Below, in pieces: positions 13,018-20,592 of a stretch of 64,000 bases of DNA; the first letter of the stretch is position 1; every line of letters begins with the position of its first letter. Both the position numbers and the translations under genes were made by a program. Under the pieces are notes generated by a model. It had not been told where the DNA came from. It worked only from the letters and a program-made list of their open reading frames with translations, and ran no database searches. The stretch lies in contig OX337237.1 of the NCBI GenBank assembly GCA_946965045.2, forward strand, positions 3,348,001 through 3,412,000, written 5' to 3'. This stretch comes from Epithemia pelagica (taxonomy: Eukaryota; Protista; Bacillariophyta).

Positions 13018-13572
13018 CCTTGTTGGTGCGGACATCATCGGACATCTTGGAAAGCGCAAGAAGTCGTCCGTTCAAAAATAGTTCCAGGTTCCAGCTCTTG
13101 CTACTCATTCAAAAACGACCATTGTACTAGCTACTCCTAGCTAGGAGTACAATTTTGTGTGGTGCGTGCGAAAACCGTTGTCACAATTGTCGCTTTTCGC
13201 TTTTCGTCGACCATAAGAATAATAACCTCTAAGTAAAGCTGCATTCAACATTCAACACAGGTTGAGGCGACTTGCGAAAACAAGGCATCCATGATGGAGA
13301 TTGATCCTTGCCACGTTCTCGAGAAAAAGTTGCGGTTTTGCGGTCACAGTCATCATTCTGAATTACACTATTGCACGCAAGCCTCAGAGGTATTTTTTGT
13401 TTTTCTGTTGGGGCGGTTACGTCGGTTTTCGGTCCCTGTGAACTAATAATATTACACGTAACAAAAAAGTTCAATATTTTAGAAAAACCCTTCCACGACG
13501 GTCATAATTTATCCAAATCCAAAAGTTCAAGAGGTCCTCATATTTTTTCCTGTATCCTTGCAAAGATCCAAA

Positions 13573-14130
13573 ATGATGAAGACGATCACGAACACAAAAA
13601 CTGCATTGTTCCTCCTTTCCCTCTGCCTTACATGGCTGATCGAACTCTCTCTGGCGGCTCAAGAAGAAGGGCGTCTCCTCAGCGGCAAGAAAAAGGGCAA
13701 GAAGGAAAGCAAAAGCATGAGCGACAACACGATTATGGTGGGAAACGTTAAAAGTAATACCGAACAGGTAACCGGCAATCCCCTTGTAAAAGGGGATATG
13801 ACTATTTTGGACGACCCCTTGTTTTCCATCAACCCTTACACGATGATGCTGGAGGGTCCCGAAATTGGACGATCCAAGGGCGTCTGCACAGTCTTTGCCA
13901 CTCCACCCAATGCCATTACCCCTCCAGAGTATGTATGTGTTGGAACCTATGTGATCTACAACAAGGGCAAGATTACGATTTCCGGAGACTACCAGCCACC
14001 CTCTGGCATCTTTGCTGAGACAGGTGGGACTGGATATTACAAGGGTGTTTCGGGAGAGCTCACCCTGGACAAAATTCCCCACGACGAGGACTCTTTCATG
14101 AATGTCTTGGAATTCTCATTGGATCACTAA
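13573..14130 (+). CDS. Secreted dirigent / allene-oxide-cyclase-like beta-barrel protein (185 aa)
   Basis: Signal peptide (ALFLLSLCLTWLIELSLAA), basic linker, then GD..IL.DPL....GRSKGVCT....CVGTY....GKITISG....AETGGTGYYKGVSG, the pattern of dirigent/AOC-like barrels (GGTG.F..A.G). Confidence 0.6.
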   Translation: MMKTITNTKTALFLLSLCLTWLIELSLAAQEEGRLLSGKKKGKKESKSMSDNTIMVGNVKSNTEQVTGNPLVKGDMTILDDPLFSINPYTMMLEGPEIGRSKGVCTVFATPPNAITPPEYVCVGTYVIYNKGKITISGDYQPPSGIFAETGGTGYYKGVSGELTLDKIPHDEDSFMNVLEFSLDH

Positions 14131-14667
14131 CTACCGATGGTTGTCAGTTTACGAATGGCGGCTTGTCTTGTGGATCAAGAGCAAGGGCAGTATCTGTTTC
14201 GTCCAAGTTGGACATTTGTCGCTCTGAATGTGTTGCGCTCTTGTCAGTGTCAGGAATACATGATTGCCGTAGTATTTCGATTGAGGCTATGAGTAATGAA
14301 TACAGATGATGTAGAAACTACGTACTCCTATGCGTTAGGAGTAGATCCTCATGGTCTTTCGAACACATCGAAATCGAGGGGGAGGATTCAGATTTTTTGG
14401 CACAACATGAGTGAGGGGCACATGTAAAAAAATCAGATGCTGTGACGTGACGTCGGCGTCAGACCTCTGGGGGCCTTTGGTGGGGTGGTGGGGTGCTTCG
14501 ACTTTCGACTTACTTTTGACGGGATTTGGATTGGGGGTGTTCTTAATTTCCACCATCTTCTGGAAGTTTCTTTTCCCTTCGGTCATCGATCTACCGAACC
14601 CGGAAGGTATCTTTTCGCTTTGTTCGCTCGGTATCTTTAGGGAAAAAATTTGAGCAAAGCAGAGACC

Positions 14668-14924
14668 ATGACGAATCCTCGAGGAACGGCCCCCGCAGAT
14701 ACGATCCAATGGAAGGTGGAGGTTGTAGAATCCATGCCAGATGTGACAGACTTGGTGGAAGCCCATGCCATGTTGGCGTCTCCTACCAAAATGAAAGAAT
14801 GGCGCAGTTCGGACTTTGCCAAGATGAAAATCACAACCAAGGCGACGGAACCCTTACAGACGGGCACGGACTATCAGTGCAAGTCGGACCCATGTCCATG
14901 ACAGCGTCCGTGAGCGAGTCGACC
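14668..14924 (+). CDS. Partial ORF cut by the assembly gap, weakly resembling SRPBCC/polyketide-cyclase proteins
   Basis: LASPTKMKEW...LQTGTDY..VGPMSMTASVSE pattern. A frame change near 14880 beside the gap may be an error. Confidence 0.3.
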
Positions 14925-15124
14925 NNNNNNNNNNNNNNNNNNNNNNNNNNNNNNNNNNNNNNNNNNNNNNNNNNNNNNNNNNNNNNNNNNNNNNNNNNNN
15001 NNNNNNNNNNNNNNNNNNNNNNNNNNNNNNNNNNNNNNNNNNNNNNNNNNNNNNNNNNNNNNNNNNNNNNNNNNNNNNNNNNNNNNNNNNNNNNNNNNNN
15101 NNNNNNNNNNNNNNNNNNNNNNNN
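14925..15124. other. Assembly gap (200 N)
   Basis: Run of N. Confidence 1.
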
Positions 15125-15279
15125 TAGGAAGAAGGAGTGGACTGCCAATGCGGTGGTCGTTCGGGTAGAATTGTAACCCTGTAACGGTGTGGTACTAGTA
15201 ATGTGAGATGTATTTTACGCAAGGTGGATGGATGGATCATGCATGTCATTTGGACAAAGAGGAACAAGGCTTTCAGCGT

Positions 15280-16835
15280 TTACTGAAGCAGGATCCACAA
15301 GACTGCACCAGCCACAACCCCCCAAACGCTGGAGTGGAAACCAGCCGCCCCGCTGCTATCTACGTCTTGGGGAGCGTCGGTCGGAGCCGGCACTCGGTCC
15401 GCATCGCTCGTAATAAAGACATTGGTCGCGCTGCCGGGACAAAAGGTTTCGAGGTCAACTCCGCCGTACGTTGGAAGACGGGTGTACACCATGGCACCGC
15501 TCTTGCCCACTGCCTGTCGGGCTTGCGTTTCGGCCAAGGACACTTCGGAAAACTGGACCGACGACAAGGAGGCCGGCTCGTCGCCATCACCGCTGCCGGC
15601 CAGGACGGTCACGGCTTCGGCCAGGTTGTAGGCCAAGGATCCAATGCGTACCCCCAGGGTGGTGGCGCTAAAGGGCACAATCACAAAGCGGCGATTTTGC
15701 ACGGCACGAAGGTTGCGCGTGACTTGGTTGTCGCAGAGATGAAAGAGCTTTTTGTCTGTTGTTTTTGAACAATGAAGAATGAGACAAGGCACGCCGGCAA
15801 AAATGAGACAAAAGAGACAACAAACGGGTTTGTGAGTCCATCCACAGATGCCACAAAAGCAGAGCAACAACAACGCAATACGCGCATTATAAAAAGAGCA
15901 ATTACAGACGCACCTGCTAGATCCCAAGAGGCATCCACCACGATAATGACATCGGGGTCTTCTTCCACAATGTCCGTCCAGTTGGCATCGGCCCAAGTCT
16001 TTTTCTCCTCGGTCCCCAGGTCCTTAAAGATGTTTTCGGCTCCGGCGTACTCGATAATGGAGTTGATGGAACCACAGCAGGCTCCGACCAAGGGAGTCGT
16101 ATCGTCCCAGCTGTCCAAAAACAAGACACGCAAGGCACTATTGTCACCACCGCCGTTAGTATTGGCTTGTACCAGGGCCTCTGCCGACTCGAAATGGCCT
16201 TCAATGGTTTGGCGCAGACTGGCCGCGTTTTCCGGGACACCAAAAATGGTGGCAATATCGTCAATCTCTTGGTACAAGTCCTCCAGGGAAAGGCTGTCGG
16301 GTCGGTACTCCTTGCGCTCGCAATACGGCGTTTGGAGATAGGACTGAATGCCCAACACGCTGTCGAGTTCGGGACGGCAGTACGTGGCGTTGCCTCTCGT
16401 GTCTTCCATCTCGAACGCACAGCCGTCCGTCAACCAGTCAAAGTAGTCAATGCGGTTCTGGGGGCTATCTTCGGTCCTGGCCTGAAAGGCGCTGCGGTAG
16501 GACGCGTACAAAAAGTCGGGATTGGCTTCGCGCAGTTTGTCAATGGTGGGATAGGTCAACGCTGCGAGGACCGGCACAGTCTCGTAGGCGGCGGCAAACT
16601 CGGGCCAGATGGCATCGTCCAAGTAGGCGGTTCCCACCATGCGGTCTTGCAAGCCCAGACCGAGCATCATTTCGGTCGTTCCTTGGTTGAGCGTCACGGC
16701 TCGTTCGGGAGCATCGTCCACGGTAAAGTTGTACCCGCAATTGGAGTATTGCAATGGATACGGCTCGGCATTCGCCGCCACAACCGCAGCCGAAAGGGCA
16801 CCCAAGATCCCGCGAGCATGGCTAGAAATCTTCAT
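15280..16835 (-). CDS. Bacterial-type class III (TroA/BtuF/FhuD-like) substrate-binding protein with signal peptide and C-terminal hydrophobic anchor; intron 15756-15913
   Basis: YPLQYSNCG..FTVDDAPERAVTLNQGTTEMMLGLGL.DRMVGTA, NPDFLYA, WTDIVEEDPDVIIVVD, AVQNRRFVIVP. GTGCGT/CAG intron gives in-frame LA-D-KKLF. C-terminus SSGAAGFHSSVWGVVAGAVLWILLQ. Confidence 0.85.
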
Positions 16836-16914
16836 ACTGATGGATGATGACAATGAGGAGGGTAATCTTTTGTTAGTTGGAATCTTGTAGGAGTAGCAAG
16901 TCTATCCACAATGA

Positions 16915-17275
16915 ATGGCTACAAGGAATCAATGACACGTTCAAGCGAATCCAAAGTTGATGAACAATGAATGGATGAATGGTGGATGAATGGCGGATAG
17001 CTCGAGTTGCCTTAGGCCTAAAACCTAAAAAGATGTTGTATGGCTACAAGAGGCTACAAGTAATCAATGTTCAGGCTAATCAAAAGATGATGAGCAATGA
17101 ATGGATGAATGGATGAATGGTGGATGAATGTGGTGGATGGTGGAGAGCTCAATTTGCTAAGGCCTAAAAAAATGTTGTATGGCTACAAGAAATCAATGTT
17201 CAGGCCAATCAATGAGCAATGAATGGATGGCGGACGATGGTGGATAGCTCAATTTGCTAAGAGGCCTAACAACGA
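16915..17275. repeat. Three degenerate ~110-140 bp tandem units in the divergent intergenic region
   Basis: Each unit runs GGCTACAAG..AATCAATG..TTCA(G/A)G..ATGA(G/A)CAATGAATGGATG..GCTC(A/G)A(T/G)TTGC..AGGCCTAA. Units start near 16917, 17042 and 17181. Confidence 0.85.
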
Positions 17276-17449
17276 AAAAGATCTTCTTGTCATCCAGAGA
17301 AAAGATATGGCCGTGTGTCAACTCTACCTAGATGTCCTCCTGGATTTCAGTCAATTAGGCCTTTTCTAGATGATGATGATGCTCATGTCGACTTCCTCGT
17401 TCTTTCATCGTTCGATTGTAGTACTATTATACCAACCAAAGCTCCAACC

Positions 17450-19192
17450 ATGGCATTCCTAGTACTACTACCACAACGGTTCTGGTTGTGCGGCTTGCTC
17501 CTCTGGTGGTCCTTGTCGTTGCCGTCCTCCCACTGCTGGGGCGGTCCCAAGACAAGGAGGATGACGACGAAAACAATGATTCGTTCCAACAGCAGCAGCA
17601 GAAGCACCAATCCTATTTCGACTGGCCGCTTTTCCACTTCACTGTTTCTCTTGTCGAATGCGGCTGCTGCACAAAAAGAGACGTTTCGAAGCAAACCACG
17701 TCGAAACCTCCAAGTGACGGGCGACGTCTGGCTCGCCTGCTCTTCCAACAACACCGAGGGCCAACGCAGTGTCGATCAAAACCACACCAACTACACCAAG
17801 GCCGTTTACCAACTGGTCGACTACGACGACCAAGCTCTGCTGGACGACGATACCAATAGCACCAATAGCACGCAACCCGTGTGCACCTGCCTGTGGAACG
17901 ATCTCGCCAGCCAGTATTGGATGCAGTGCAGCCTGGGGGACGAGACCTGCCAACAACAAGACGACACCGACAAACAGGCTTGCACAACAACCCAAGAGTC
18001 GTTTTTGTTTTCGACACGGACAGGCAACCTAGAGCAAAAGTCGACTTGTCAAGTGTGTGCGTCCAACAGCAGTGCCAACAACGACAACAAGTATTGCACG
18101 GGAATCGAAGCGTGTACGGTCGTGGTCTTTGACGTCGACTATGGAACCCCCGAGCGGTGTGTTGTCCAGCAAACCGAACTGGGGACACCCACGCAAGTGT
18201 GCGACCAATGCACCATTTGTCGGGATGACAATGGCAAGTACGGCGTGGCCTACGACTGTTTTGGAACGTCGACGCCCAAGGGCCAATGCGACACGAGCCA
18301 CACCACGGCGGTCGTCAACAACTTTGTTCCTACCTGGGAGTATTTGCAAGGACGTTCTCGGATCGGAGGGACCTTTGGGCGTCTTTGCCAAAACCAAAAC
18401 AACGACGCAATCCTTGCGGCTCTGTATGGAGGACCTGCCGTGACGTACGACGACGACTATCAAAAGATTTGCCGCTGCAAGGATCCCACCCGAGGTATTA
18501 TCGCCTGCGATCTCTTTCGAACCGCCGACACGGGAACCTTTGATTGCTTCGGTACCGAATGCAGCGAAATTTCCGAAGTCTTTACGTTTGCCACGGCGAA
18601 CGGAGAGCTCTACGAAAAAATCACGTGCGACTCGAACCGAGACGTTTGCAGCATTGTCACCTTTTCCAGTACCACCACCTCGGAGGATGATGACGATGGA
18701 AATGCCGTGTGGACGGGCGATCCGTTGGACTGTTCGATATTTCTCATGCCGGCCGAGCATCCCATTGACGCGGTCGTGGGACACAACCGTATCCACAACC
18801 GAGGACCCACGTGTGACGATTGTCGAATTTGCCGAGACGAAGCAACGCAGGCGACGGGGATTCAATTCGACTGTTTTGGAAACGTGACGGACCATAGCTG
18901 CCAGACAAATTACGGACGAACGGTATTCAACATCCAAGGGAAGGCTCCAAAAAGCGGCGGCAGCAGCAGCAAGGTAAATAGGGCGTCGGGCGCAACGATT
19001 GGCATAGTAGTGGCGTCGTTGCTGATTGTGGTAGCTGCTGTTCTCATGGTCAAGCGGAAGAATCGAAAAAGAACCAAAAAGTCTTCCCCCGTCGAGGAGG
19101 AACCCCCCGTCGATTTCGATGTTGGTCCTGCTGCTTCTGTTGCTGAATCGGAAGAAACGCATTGGAACGAGGAGGAACCCCCCGTCAATTGA
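17450..19192 (+). CDS. Cys-rich type I membrane / cell-surface protein with two internal repeats (580 aa)
   Basis: Signal peptide, RRNLQ putative processing site, two Cys-patterned units (C.C...C...C..C....GNL/GEL..K.TC...C.IV.F...G.P..C...CD.C.ICRD...G..(Y/F)DCFG), TM IGIVVASLLIVVAAVLMV followed by KRKNRKR, acidic tail. Confidence 0.75.
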   Translation: MAFLVLLPQRFWLCGLLLWWSLSLPSSHCWGGPKTRRMTTKTMIRSNSSSRSTNPISTGRFSTSLFLLSNAAAAQKETFRSKPRRNLQVTGDVWLACSSNNTEGQRSVDQNHTNYTKAVYQLVDYDDQALLDDDTNSTNSTQPVCTCLWNDLASQYWMQCSLGDETCQQQDDTDKQACTTTQESFLFSTRTGNLEQKSTCQVCASNSSANNDNKYCTGIEACTVVVFDVDYGTPERCVVQQTELGTPTQVCDQCTICRDDNGKYGVAYDCFGTSTPKGQCDTSHTTAVVNNFVPTWEYLQGRSRIGGTFGRLCQNQNNDAILAALYGGPAVTYDDDYQKICRCKDPTRGIIACDLFRTADTGTFDCFGTECSEISEVFTFATANGELYEKITCDSNRDVCSIVTFSSTTTSEDDDDGNAVWTGDPLDCSIFLMPAEHPIDAVVGHNRIHNRGPTCDDCRICRDEATQATGIQFDCFGNVTDHSCQTNYGRTVFNIQGKAPKSGGSSSKVNRASGATIGIVVASLLIVVAAVLMVKRKNRKRTKKSSPVEEEPPVDFDVGPAASVAESEETHWNEEEPPVN

Positions 19193-19231
19193 GATGTTGG
19201 TCCTGCTGCTTCTGCTGCTGAATCGGAAGAA
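19094..19231 (+). repeat. 75-bp-period tandem duplication across the stop codon
   Basis: GAGGAGGAACCCCCCGTC..GATGTTGGTCCTGCTGCTTCTG.TGCTGAATCGGAAGAA at 19094 and 19169. The second copy carries the TGA stop. Confidence 0.9.
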
Positions 19232-20033
19232 GCCCCAGCAGTCTTGATGGCCCAAGAAGGTAATAGTCAAGTGTTTGGGTGCCTATTCCTGTTGCCGTAA
19301 CATAGTAGCAAGAAATCGTATGATTTGTAACCAAAAAGCTCGACTGTCCCTGCTGTTTGGTTGTTCTTTATTCTTGACAGAGGCCCGAAATTGATCATTG
19401 ATAGCGCCTGGCTGTACTTGCATGGTCAATTTTCATGGATCAGCCATCCACGGTGTCTGAAAACAACAATGATTACTCTAGAGACTCGATAGCATAGCCG
19501 ATGTGCATTGCATCATGATGATCCGATCTGAGTACTGTCGTGTACGTATATGTTCGCAGTTCGTCTGTGTCATCTTTAGCAGCTATGCTCTCTAGTAGCT
19601 GGAAATGATTGGAAAGTTCACGTAGTCTCTTCCTGTTTTGCTCTCACCACAAGTACGATACGTACAACTCTCAAACCCTTTGCTTTTGACGCTTTGGGCT
19701 TGCTTTTGATCCATTCTGTTGTTGGATCGTTTCTTATGCTGCTGATGAGATCTGATGAGATCGTGTCAGCCGCCGCTTCCTCGCGTTTGAGTCTCGAGTG
19801 ATCGAATGACACGAGGAACGAGGAGTGAGTCGTATTGTTATTGCTGAGACGGTCATTCTGCTGATGAAAATGATTGACTCTTTGTTCGCACCATCAATGG
19901 GAGGTGCTCGTCATTTCCTTACCCCAAGCGGGGGTGAGTGAGTCCCGCAGGCCTCAGTCGGAAAAAAATTAAGGGAATGTACCTATTAGTGCGACTGAGC
20001 GGGTCGTCCCTGCTCGGGAGTACTATTGTTCAC

Positions 20034-20350
20034 CTTCCGGGTCATTGATATAGCAACCCGGAGATACCGAAAGGTATCTTTTCGCTTTGCTGTTCAGAAT
20101 CTCGTTGGTACGTCAAGCAAGTACAATGACAATCGGTTTGGAATCAAACGTGAGCCTGTAACTCATGTCTCACGCTTTAACTTTGGTCTAGGCCGTTCAC
20201 GGTGTGGGACATTCATGAGGCCAACCGAAACAGATATGCAGTGAAGAAGCGAAAAGTCTCATCAACCATGGCTGTTCAGAATCTCGTTGGTACGACAATT
20301 GCTATGCCAGTCGGTTTGGAATCAAACGTGGGCCTGTGGCTCTTGTCTCG
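20034..20350. repeat. Non-coding dispersed/tandem repeat block
   Basis: GCTGTTCAGAATCTCGTTGGTACG...TCGGTTTGGAATCAAACGTG occurs at ~20089 and ~20271. 20034-20089 is also homologous to 14575-14622. Confidence 0.7.
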
Positions 20351-20592
20351 CGCTCCCCCTCTCTCGCATGGCAGCCGGCAAGTGTTGTTGAGGTAGTCCA
20401 TGATCAATCTGGTCCAAGAAATCGCGACTCTAGGAATAGACAGACGCCTCCGTCGTCCAAGACAAACCAACTCTTGTGTGCAATGCGTACATATAATATG
20501 AAAGATCCATTGCGATGGATTAGTCGTGCTAGCTATTAGTTGATACCAAAAGAGAGATGAAGTCTGATGGCCAAGAGAACTTTCAATCTACT

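Noticed and set aside
13121-13153. 18-bp perfect palindrome TACTCCTAGCTAGGAGTA (13132-13149) as a terminator or element end
   Set aside because: It is an isolated occurrence in CTAG-rich intergenic DNA with no supporting context.
16915-17275. CRISPR-like or other prokaryotic array
   Set aside because: Units are long, degenerate and lack unique spacers, there are no cas genes, and the context is a eukaryotic intron-containing genome.
18029-19270. 413-aa minus-strand ORF (likewise 3100..4077, 7281..7520, 8643..9452, 15917..16420 and similar)
   Set aside because: These are antisense or alternative-frame shadows of well-supported genes, with no motifs of their own.
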